Assembly: GCA_001724265.1 (NCBI GenBank)
Contig: MEDY01000103.1
Span: 1 to 64,000 of the forward strand
DNA length: 64,000 bases
Origin: Rhizaria sp. SCN 62-66
Taxonomy: Eukaryota
Direction of reading: 5' to 3'
Position 1 is the stretch's first letter, and each line of letters starts with the position of its first letter. The notes below the pieces were generated by a model. That model was given only the letters and a program-made list of their open reading frames with translations. It was not told the DNA's origin and made no database searches. Made by a program: the position numbers and the translations under genes. Below, piece by piece: positions 54,415 through 64,000 of this stretch.

Positions 54415-54937
54415 CGTGACTCCTGTGGAACCTCGGTTGGAACAGCAAAAATGAGGAGACATTGTGAGGTTCAGAACACACTCCTAGCAAATAAAATTAT
54501 AGTATCAAAACATCAAAAGCAATTAATATCTGTAAAGCGCAAGACAGAGCATCTAACGGTCAATACATCGTAGATTACAAGCTTGAAATCGTCGCGATTC
54601 AACTATGGTAGTAACCGTTGGTGGCGCCGACAGACTGCCCGAACACGATAGCGCGATCCCCGACCCGTTCGCACACATTAAGAAGTCTGTAGAAAACACC
54701 CGTCCTGTCCGTCGATAGCGTTGTCAATGAGATATGTCACTGTTCAGACACTAGACTTCCATTAGTCGTATTCATTATTGTACTAGTTCCAATATGATCC
54801 ATGTTTGCCGGCCATAGCCGTGCGCTTCTCCCCACCGCAACCTGCGTCCGACTGCCTCACTTGGCCATTGCTCACGCTTCGATTTCTGACTCTGATACGT
54901 CATTTGCCTCCTCAGACTCAAGACAAGAAGCAGCACG

Positions 54938-56899
54938 ATGCTTCGTTGCCGCAGTTCCAGCAGCAGCCTCGGTGTCAGCCTTGTCCGGCTCGCCGCGCGC
55001 AGTGGCCTGCCCTCGCTCACGTCTGCTGTCTCGCCCGGCACCGCCAGCGCGGCGGCGCGCGTCCCCCAGGCCGTCGCCACGGTCCCGACCACGCACTTCT
55101 CCTCAGAGACCCCCGACGTTGACTACAGCGTAGGTTTCGTTTTCCTTGTCTTCACTTTGTTGACGCTGCACTCGCTCTCTTCCCAGACATCACATTCATC
55201 GACCACTGCATTTCCCGAATTTTCCTTTTGTTTCTCTCTCTAGCGCCGCGTTTTCTTCGACCGCGCGCGAATCCAGGTCAAGGGCGGTCCTGGCGGCAAC
55301 GGCTGCGCGTCATACGCGCGCACACTGGCCGGCATGGGCGCGCCCGACGGCGGCAACGGCGGCCGCGGCGGCAACATCTACCTCGAGACAGACCCGCGCA
55401 TGTTCACCTTCTCTTTCTCACGGTACCACTTCATCGGCGCGCGCGGCCAGAACGGCGGCAGCGAGGCGCTGCACGGCGCGCGCGGCGAGGACACGGTGAT
55501 CAAGATTCCGCCCGGCACGGTGGTGCACGAGATCGTTGCGCAGGACCCCGACACCAAGGAGGTCGAGCTCAAGCAGCTCGCCGATATGGGCAAGCCCGGC
55601 ATGCGGCTGCTCGTCGCCGAGGGCGCCATCGGCGGACTGGGCAACAAGGCCTTCAAGAACGCGGACCGGCCCAAGGCGACGCTGGCGACCTTGGGGCTGG
55701 CCGACAAGCCGCGGCGCCTGCACCTGGAGCTCAAGGTGATCGCAGACGTTGGGCTCGTCGGCTACCCCAACGCCGGCAAGTCCTCTTTCCTGCGCGCCGT
55801 GTCGCGCGCGGCACCCAAGGTGGCGTCGTACCCGTTCACGACGCTGCACCCCATGGTCGCGACGGTGCGGCTCAACGACGCGCGCGAGTCGTCCTTCACC
55901 GTGGCTGATATCCCGGGGCTCGTCGACGGCGCGCACATGGACGTCGGGCTGGGCCACGAGTTCCTGCGCCACATCGAGCGCACAAAGGTCCTGCTCTACG
56001 TTGTCGACATTGCGCGGCCCGTGCGTTCGATGCGCAGCGCCGCGGCCGCGCGCGCCGAGGCCGAAGCCGAGGAGGAGGCGCGCCGTGCGGAGCACGAGCA
56101 GCGCCGCGACGCCGAGCGCGCGCGCCTCGCGAGCGTGCTGGCCGAGCGCGAGGACGCGCGCGTGCGCGCGCTCCAGCGCTTCGGGCTGCCCAAGGCCGAG
56201 TGGGGCAACGTGACCTTCGAGCAGCTGTTCCCTGACGCGCCGCCCGTGCGCGCGGCGTATCAGGAGGAGTACCGGCCGCGCCCGCGCGGCGTCGCGGTCA
56301 CCGACCTGGGCGACCCCGTCGCCGAGTTCCTCTCGCTCCGCAAGGAGCTCGCGCTCTACAACCCCGCGCTCGCGACCAGGTACGGCCAGTGCGACCGCCA
56401 GGGCTATCGCCAAGCAATGTGATATGAATTGTTATTATTATTTATTCGCTGTATTTTCAATTATTGTTTGCTATGGACTAAAATCGGACTGTAAACATGC
56501 GTCAAATCTTATCAGTATCTCGCTCTTTCTGTGTTTTCCCACCCTATTTCGTGTTGCCCTGTCTTGCCACGCCTTAGGCCCGCCGTGGTGCTGGCCAACA
56601 AGGCGGACACGCGCCCCGCGGCGTGCGCGGCGCAGCTGCAGCGGCTGCGCAAGGCCGTGCCTGCGCACTGGCCGCTCTTCGTCGGCTCCGCCAAGGAGTC
56701 GGCCGGGCTGGAGGATGTGCTGGTGACACTCGGCGCCACCATCCAGGCCGTCGACGACGCCGCGCGCCGCGAGGCCGAGGAGCAGGAGGAGCAGTACGCG
56801 CGCGCCGCCGCCGAGGCGGAGGCTGAGGCCGCCAAGTCGCTTGGCAGCGGCAGCCACAGCGGCAGGGGTAGCGCCGGCAAGGACACTGATGGACGGTGA
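54938..56899 (+). CDS. Mitochondrial Obg-family GTPase (MTG2/GTPBP5-like); exons 54938-55129, 55244-56379, 56578-56899
   Basis: Ser/Arg-rich presequence-like N-terminus; Obg fold '[17 protein letters not shown]...[10 protein letters not shown]'; G1 '[10 protein letters not shown]', G2 'YPFTTLHP', G3 'DIPGL', G4 'NKAD', G5 'SAK'. Stop TGA. Confidence 0.93.
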
Positions 56900-57358
56900 A
56901 TACGAAGTCACTCGCTCGTTAGCTTGCTGTTTTCATATTGCGACTAGTTTCTCGATTATTTATGCGTCTGTGTTTTTGTCAAGAACAAACTATTTTATTT
57001 CATTAAACAAAGTGGCTGCGCACGAATCGTGTACGCAACGTTACGACGCTAATCGCACACTCGAGCAGTATGCAGTTCGCCGTCGATCGCTCACATGTCA
57101 ACACAGGCCTGTTGATTGGACGAGAGATCGAGTGGGATACTCGTACTACTAGTGTAACAGCGGCTAATTTAAGAACAAATGACTCACAGTCAGCGAACAT
57201 CTGTCTCACTGATTAATGAGAGCATTGTGCAATGATATTGAAGACAATACCTAGATACTACATAGCTCAGACAACGATAAAGACATCGTTGTACTAATCA
57301 TAAAGCAATCTTTAACCAATCTTCATAGATCGATATTGCTTTGAGACAACGCAAACGT

Positions 57359-59557
57359 TCAAGGCGCGCGCTCCGCGGCGCAGAGGTCCTTGCGGAGGCT
57401 GGCGGCGACAAGCCTGAGGTCGGCGGCGACCTGGCGCTCCTGCTCGAGCAGCGCCTCGGCGTGGCGGCGCGCCACAGCCTCCTGTTCGGCCTTGACGCGC
57501 GCGGCCAGGTGCGCGCCCTCGACGGCGGCCAAGCGCTGCGCCGCGTCGCGCCGGGACGCCTCGGTGGTCGAGCCCAGCTGGCGCGCCAGCGCGAGCTCCT
57601 CACGCAGCGACGTCGCCGCGCGCGATGACTCAGCGAGACGCGCTCTGTGGGAGGAAAATAGGCGTGAAATCAGTTAACCAGTGAGCCAACATGAGTGGCC
57701 AATAAACAACTTGCATCCAACGTGTTAATGAATGGGTAAGTGTGTGATACATTGGATTGATAAGGCGACGTACTGCGTGTCGGCGAGCTTGCTCGCCATG
57801 TCTGTGAGCTGAGCCTCAGCCTCGGCGAGCTCCTCGTGGGCGCGCGCGCGCTCCGAGGCCTCAGCCGTGGCCAGCTGCACCGCCTGGTCGGCCTGCGCGC
57901 GGTGTGCAGACGCCTGCTGCTGCAGGGTCGCCGCCGTGGACACGTGTGCGCCCGACATAGAACGGAGACTACACAAGGAATAAAGACACAGATAACAGGA
58001 ATAAAGATAATGGGTAAAGATTGCAACAAAATAATAATTAAACAAATTATATCAACGCGCAATTGAAGAAATACATTGTGAGGACATTTCACGTACGCGT
58101 CGTTCTCCTGGCAGACGGCCTGGTGAACCTCGGCCAACTCGCCCAGGTCCACGCGCAGCTGCTGCTCGCGGTGCTCCATTGCCACCACGGCCTCCTCCAG
58201 CCCGCTGCGCGCGGCGCGTTCCTCCTGCAACGCGGCGGCGGCGGCGGCCAGGCGCGTCGCCACAGCCTGGTTGCCCTCGACGACGGCCGTGAGGTCCGCC
58301 TCGAGCGTGCGCACGCGCTGCAGCAGCTCCTCACGCGCCAGGCCCTCCGCCGCGGACGCGCCCGCCGCGGCCGCGGCCACGAAGGACGCACGCACCGCAG
58401 CCTCGCCGCGCGCCGCAGCAGCAGCCTCGGCCGCGCCGCCTGCGGCCTCGGCCGCCGCAGCCGCAGCCGCCGCGCGCGCCTCGGCGCTGCGCAGCGCATC
58501 CTGCAGCCCCGCCTCAGAGGCCTGCGCCCCCAGCAGCGCGGAGCGCAGCGCCGCATTCTCGTCGCGCAGCGCCTCGGCCGCGCGCGCGGCGGTGGCAGCG
58601 CCCGCGCCGGCGGGCTCGCCGTCCGCCGCGACGGAGCCGTTGAGGGTGTTGTTGTGCGACAGGCGCGCGTTCTCGGTGGCCAGCTCGTCGACGCGGCGCC
58701 GCAGCAGCCCCACGACCGAGACCTCGCGCGCCTCGACCTCGCGCGTCTGCCCCTCGAGCGCCTCCAGCGCGCTCACCAGCTGCTGCACCTGCGCGCGCGC
58801 CGCCGCAGCCGCGCGCTCCGCGGTCGCAGCGCGCACCTCGGCGCTCTCGCCGCCGCCGCTGACGTTGCCGCCCGCAGACGAAAGCTGCAGCGCGGGGCTG
58901 GTGCTGTTGAGCGCGGTGGCGGTGCGCGAGCGCTCGAGCCCCAGCTCCTGGGTGAGTGAGTCGCACTCAGCGGCGAGCCCCTCGTAAGCGACGTAGCCGC
59001 GCTCGAGCTGGCCGCGCAGGGTGGCCACCTCCTCGCGCGCAGCCGCCTCGCGCGCCGACAGCGCCGCGACGCGCGCGCGCAGCTGCGCCCGCGAGAGCGA
59101 GCCCAGCGGCACGCCCGAGAAGGACGAGTTGGCGTCCCCGGCAGCGGGCTCGTCGTCGTCGCTGATGCTGTTGCTGGCGGCGCGGGCGGAGGCTGTGATC
59201 GCATAGGCGGCAGCAGCCTCGGCGGCGGTGGCGCGGGCCTCAGTCTCCTCCTCCCCAGCGCGCGCGGCCTCAACCGCCTCCACGGCGTCGGCGGCCTGGG
59301 CCTCAGCGGCCTCGGCGCGCGCGGCAAGCGCGGCATTCTCGGTCTCGAGCGCCTCCACCGCGGCGGCCAGCTCGTTGGCCTCGCGCTGCAACGCGTCGGC
59401 GCCCGCGCTCGCGCCCGACTGCGCGGCCGCCAGCAGCGAGAGCGCGCGCGCCGCCTTGCGGTCCCGCGCCGCCACGGCCGCGCGCAGTGTCGTCGCCTCG
59501 TGCCGCAGCGCAGCCACCTGCGCGGTCAGACGGCGCTCGTTCGCACCCGCGTCGCGC

Positions 59558-59589
<32 letters not shown>

Positions 59590-61233
59590 ACCGCTGCCGC
59601 CGCTGCTACCCGCACTGCTCGAAGCAGTGGTGCTGCGCATAGGGAGCCCGCGGGCCGCGAGCGCGCTGTTGCTGCTGACAGCGCCGCCCGCGCCGGAAGC
59701 GGCAGGACGGTCCGGCGAGCGGAGCGCGGCGGCCGCGGCGGCGGGGGCGAGCCCCGTAAGGACGCGCTCGGTGCGCACGCGTTCGGCGTTGAGGAAGTCG
59801 AGTTGCGCAGTCATCTTGCGGATAGTCTTGGCGTTGGCGGCCAGCTCAAAGTCGCACTGCACCTTGTCCCAGTTGACGTGCGCCGCCACCAGCCCGCCCA
59901 GTCGGTCCAGCTCCGCCTGCTGCAGCGCCAGCCGAGCGCGGTAGCCCTCCTCGCGCGCCGCGAAGCCCGCCGCGGCGCCGCGCAGCGCGGCGGCCTCCTG
60001 CGTCAGCGCCTCGATGCGGCCCTGCGCTGTCTTGAGCACGGCCACGGCGCGCGACTCGGATGCCGCGGCGGCGGCGGCGGCAGCGGAGGCGGGGTCGGCC
60101 GCCGACAGCGCCGCCGCGGACACGGACACGGGCGCGGCGGCCGAGGCCGCAGGCGGCAGCGTCGAGCGCAGGTCGAACAACTCACGCGCGCCCGACGCGG
60201 GGCCGGCGGCGCCGCTGGCGGCCGCGGCGTTGCTGGCGGCGGTGGTCGCGGCGGCGTCGCGCGCGCGGCGGTGCAGCGCATCGACCTTGGCTTCGAGCTC
60301 CTCCACGCGGCGCGCCTTCTGCCCGTGCAGGAACTTCAGGTCGGCGTGCGCCGCGGCCATGGCGCGCAGGCGCTGCGCAGCGTCGCGCTCGGCGGCGTCA
60401 CGGCGCTCGGCCTCGGCGACAAGACGCGCATGCAGCGCCGCGTTGGCGCGCAGCAGACGCTGCGTCTCGCGGCGCAGCGGCAGCACCTGCGAGCGCGACA
60501 GCACCGAGTCCGCCAGCGCCGCATTGGCCGCCTCGGCCGCCGCCTCGAGCGGGGCGCCGCCCACCACGGCGCCGCCGACCACGGCCGTGTTGCCTGCGGC
60601 CGTGGCGTGCGGGTTGGCCGAGACGTTGAGCGTGGGCGGGAAGATGCCGCTGACGTCCGTGACGGCCGTGCGCAGCGGCGCGGGCAGCGGCGCCGACGCG
60701 GCCGCGCGCGCGTCAAAGTAGCCCAGCGGCGTCTGCTCGCTCACCACGCGCACGTCGCGCCACGCGCCGTTGCCGCCGCTGGCCGACGTCGGACGAGAAC
60801 GCCCGCGCGGAGCCGGGGAGGCGAGGTCGGGGTCTGCGGCGCCCCAGGCCGCGTCCGCGTCGCTGCCGCCACCGCCATCGGTGTCGCTGTTGTAGTCGCT
60901 ACCACTGTAGTCGGCGCGCTCACGCGGGAGCGTGGAGCCAGGAGCAAATCGCACAGACGGCCGAGCTTTATTGCTGCCACCGTTGCTATTCGCGAGGTCG
61001 GAAGCGAGGGAAGCGTTCTTTTCTTCCCATTTGAGCAGACGCTTCTGGGCGTCGATAAAGGTGTCAATGTTGGCGTCCAGCTCTCCGCGAGCGCGCTGCA
61101 CCTGCACGCCGCGCACAGAGCGTCCGCGCTGCATCGTCACAGTGGGGCCCATCGACGCCACGGACGAGCTGCCGCCCGCTGAGCCGCCGTGCGCGCCGGA
61201 GCGCGAGGCCGAAGAGGAGCGAGCACCGTACAT
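57359..61233 (-). CDS. CEP135/Bld10-like centriolar coiled-coil protein; exons 61233-58097, 57968-57774, 57644-57359
   Basis: 'PLRRETQRLLRANAALHARL...LRAMAAAHADLKFL' resembles the CEP135/Bld10 N-terminal block (ENxxLxxENNxL...ADLKFL). The rest is coiled coil. Two gtacgt...ag introns preserve frame. Stop TGA. Confidence 0.65.
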
Positions 61234-61914
61234 GTGTCGTCTGTAGTTAGCCTAATGCCAGATGGTGGCCGAAAAAGAATATAACAACTGTCTGTGGCCA
61301 GGGAGGGTCAGACAAACAGGGGCAAGAGAGTACTACAAACGGAGGGCGCGCGAAGATAAGAAAGAGAGGAAATGACGTGAGTGGATCAAGACTCATGAGC
61401 TATTATTAATGTGAAGCAGAAATTCGCCTTCAAAAAGGCTATACTTTCAAATACAATATGAAGCAGTCGGTCCATCACAGCTTTCTAGCAAGTCAAAGTG
61501 GGGCAACTGATTTCGAAATTTCGAGGCGACCGTTGCCGACGGTCTGGTGAGAAAGCAAAAGTTGTACCGAGATCTTTATCGACCAGGTCCAATCGAAAGC
61601 GTATTTTGTAGTGTGTTTTTCGATGCCTATTCGGCTTCACTTGACATATTTTCCCTGTGACCAGCGTCTCGTGTTGGCTCTTTATTATTTGTTTGCTGTC
61701 ATTGTATTATGAACTTGTATATCTCGTGTTTTATCATTAAAGACAGGACGACTCGGCTCTCTTTCGACTGCGACCTTCAATCTCCACATCACAGCGCATT
61801 GTCCTTCTTAATCGTTCTTATAAGAGAGCCTAAACCGTTGCCGCACTTTTCCACTGCTTATTATTTTCAATAATATTCCCCTTGTCCCTTGTGCGCTACC
61901 TCTGCTTTAGCTTT

Positions 61915-63516
61915 ATGCTGCGCCAGCTGCTCTCTGTCGCCTCTCGCCGCAGTGCTCCCCTTTCCTCGTCCGCCACGTCGCTCCACCGCACCGCCTCCGC
62001 CTCGATGTCCGCCGCCACGCCCGCCGCGATTGCGGCGAAGCTCAAGACGCCCTCGCTCTACCAGACGCAGCAGTACATCAACGGTGAGTTCGTGCCCGCT
62101 GCGGGCAACGCCACTCTCGCTGTCGAGGACCCCGGCACTCAGCAGGTCATCGGCGTCGTCTCCAATGGTGGCGTCGCTGAGACCGAGGCTGCGATTTCCG
62201 CCGCGGCCGCCGCGCTGCCCGCTTGGCGCGCGACGCCGCTGGAGAAGCGCTGCGCGGTCGTGCAGAAGTGGGGCGAGTTGATGCACGAACACAAGGACGA
62301 CCTGGCGACGATCCTCTCGATGGAGCAGGGCAAGCCCTTCCTCGAGGCGCGCGGCGAGGTGCTCTACGCCGCCGGGTTCTACGACTTCTGCGCCAAGAAC
62401 GGGCCCGCCGCGCTGGCGCCGCAGGTGCTGGTGCCCGCGACGGCCAAGACACCGACCGAGGTGCGCGTGACGCGCGAGGCCGTGGGTGTCGTCGGCGCTA
62501 TCACACCCTGGAACTTCCCCTCGGCCATGATCACGCGCAAGGCCGCGGCCGCGCTCGCCGCGGGCTGCACCATGGTGATCAAGCCCTCCGAGCTGACGCC
62601 CTACTCGGCGCTCGCGCTGGGCGAGCTGGCGACGCAGGCCGGCGTGCCCGCGGGCGTCTTCAACGTCGTGGTCGGCGCCGACGCGGCCGGCATGGGCAAG
62701 GTCATGACCGAGTCGCCCGTCGTGCGCAAGATCACCTTCACGGGCTCCACGCGCGTCGGCAAGCTCCTCATGGCGCAGTCGGCCGGCACCGTCAAGCGCG
62801 TGTCGCTGGAGCTGGGCGGCAACGCGCCCTTCATCGTCTTCGACGACGCCGACCTGGACCTGGCCGTCGCTCAGGCCACCGCGGCCAAGTCCCGCAACTG
62901 CGGTCAGACGTGCGTCACGCCCAACCGCTTTATCGTGCATGCGTCCGTGTACGACGCCTTTGCGGAGCGCTTCGCGGCCGCGATGCGCGCGCTTAAGGTC
63001 GGCTACGGCCTGGCCGAGGGCTCCCAGGTTGGGCCGCTCATCAACTCCGCCGCCGTGACCAAAGTCGAAGAGCAGCTCAAGGACGCCGTCTCGCGCGGCG
63101 GCCGTGTCCTCGTGGGCGGCAAGCGCGCCGATGTGGGCACGGGCTCGCAGCTCTTCTTCGAGCCGACCGTGATCGCCGACGCCACCAAGGACATGCTGTG
63201 CTTCCGCGAGGAGACCTTCGGCCCGCTGGCGCCGCTCTTCAAGTTCTCCACCGAGGAGGAGGCGCTGGCGCTCGCCAACGACACGCGCGCCGGGCTGGCG
63301 AGCTACTTCTTCTCGCGCGACGAGGCGCGGCAGGAGCGCGTTGCCGCGGGGCTCGAGTACGGCATGGTCGGTGTCAACGTCGGCTCCGTGTCCTCGCCCG
63401 CCGCGCCCTTCGGCGGCATGAAGGAGTCCGGCGTCGGCCGCGAGGGCTCGCTCTTCGGCTTCGACGAGTACGTCGAGGTCAAGGCGCGCCACTACAACCT
63501 CGCCGGCAAGCTCTAA
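61915..63516 (+). CDS. ALDH5A1: Succinate-semialdehyde dehydrogenase, mitochondrial (ALDH5 family)
   Basis: Presequence-like MLRQLLSVASRRS; 'ITPWNFPSAMITRK', 'FTGSTRVGK', 'SLELGGNAPF', 'RNCGQTCV', 'EETFGP' and 'PFGGMKESGVGREGS'. Stop TAA. Confidence 0.93.
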   Translation: MLRQLLSVASRRSAPLSSSATSLHRTASASMSAATPAAIAAKLKTPSLYQTQQYINGEFVPAAGNATLAVEDPGTQQVIGVVSNGGVAETEAAISAAAAALPAWRATPLEKRCAVVQKWGELMHEHKDDLATILSMEQGKPFLEARGEVLYAAGFYDFCAKNGPAALAPQVLVPATAKTPTEVRVTREAVGVVGAITPWNFPSAMITRKAAAALAAGCTMVIKPSELTPYSALALGELATQAGVPAGVFNVVVGADAAGMGKVMTESPVVRKITFTGSTRVGKLLMAQSAGTVKRVSLELGGNAPFIVFDDADLDLAVAQATAAKSRNCGQTCVTPNRFIVHASVYDAFAERFAAAMRALKVGYGLAEGSQVGPLINSAAVTKVEEQLKDAVSRGGRVLVGGKRADVGTGSQLFFEPTVIADATKDMLCFREETFGPLAPLFKFSTEEEALALANDTRAGLASYFFSRDEARQERVAAGLEYGMVGVNVGSVSSPAAPFGGMKESGVGREGSLFGFDEYVEVKARHYNLAGKL

Positions 63517-63924
63517 GTGCGCAGCTGCTCCGCTGTCGCTGTGACAGAACAAGAAATGCATCTTCAATGTCAACATGACTCTGTGTGTTTGTTCTTGTCT
63601 GATCTGCTTTGCTCGATGAATGAAGATGTGATTAATTATATCTCCGAATGTAAATTGAATTTCTCGACTATTATGAGGGTGTGTTTGTATAATGTATTGC
63701 TCAAAATAAAATATGTATATTTGCACACAGACAAACACTGTAATACGTTTGAACACACTGTTCAACGAAACTTAGACTCTTCCGGAAATGGGCCCGACAT
63801 AACAAGGCTCACGATACCTCATATTACAATAGTACACCATATAATGACTCAAAGTGCACATGCACAAGCACACCGCCGCATCGATTCTTAAACGAAAAAC
63901 AGCGCGAAGCACGTGCTCACCTGC

Positions 63925-64000
63925 TCACCGCATGTTGCTGTTGTTCGCAGTGCTGTTGTTGAAGGCGGCGCGCGCCTCTTGGTCGGCCATCTTCCACTCG
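63925..64000 (-). CDS. Probable 3' end of a gene entering from beyond the window
   Basis: GC-rich open frame EWKMADQEARAAFNNSTANNSNMR-TGA, followed by AT-rich sequence convergent with SSADH. Confidence 0.45.
   Translation of the reverse strand, partial: EWKMADQEARAAFNNSTANNSNMR

Noticed and set aside
1-64000. tRNA, rRNA or snRNA genes
   Set aside because: None recognised by eye; a covariance-model scan would be needed to exclude them.

Overview
Eukaryotic nuclear DNA, most likely from a flagellated protist. Exons are very GC-rich and Ala-rich, while introns and intergenic spacers are much more AT-rich; introns are GT-AG and about 110-450 nt. I can reconstruct 13 genes plus the probable 3' end of a 14th: a MyTH4-tail protein, V-ATPase subunit B, an intron-containing prokaryote-type dCTP deaminase, a 1390-aa Ala-rich unknown, a PLAC8-domain protein, a 6204-aa single-exon C2/coiled-coil protein with 22 copies of an 'EGSTDELVQAQ...EERD' motif, an extra-large G-alpha-like protein, PEN-2, a 1-Cys peroxiredoxin, an ankyrin-repeat protein, a mitochondrial Obg GTPase, a CEP135/Bld10-like protein and SSADH. 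The most striking feature is the G-alpha-like locus (38300-48514). Its fold is split into four blocks by huge low-complexity inserts, its catalytic residues are replaced, and a single in-frame TAG sits in switch II with about 2670 open codons behind it. None of the 13 genes ends in TAG, which suggests UAG readthrough or reassignment, although a point mutation or sequencing error is not excluded. All family calls come from motif recognition by eye; no searches were run.
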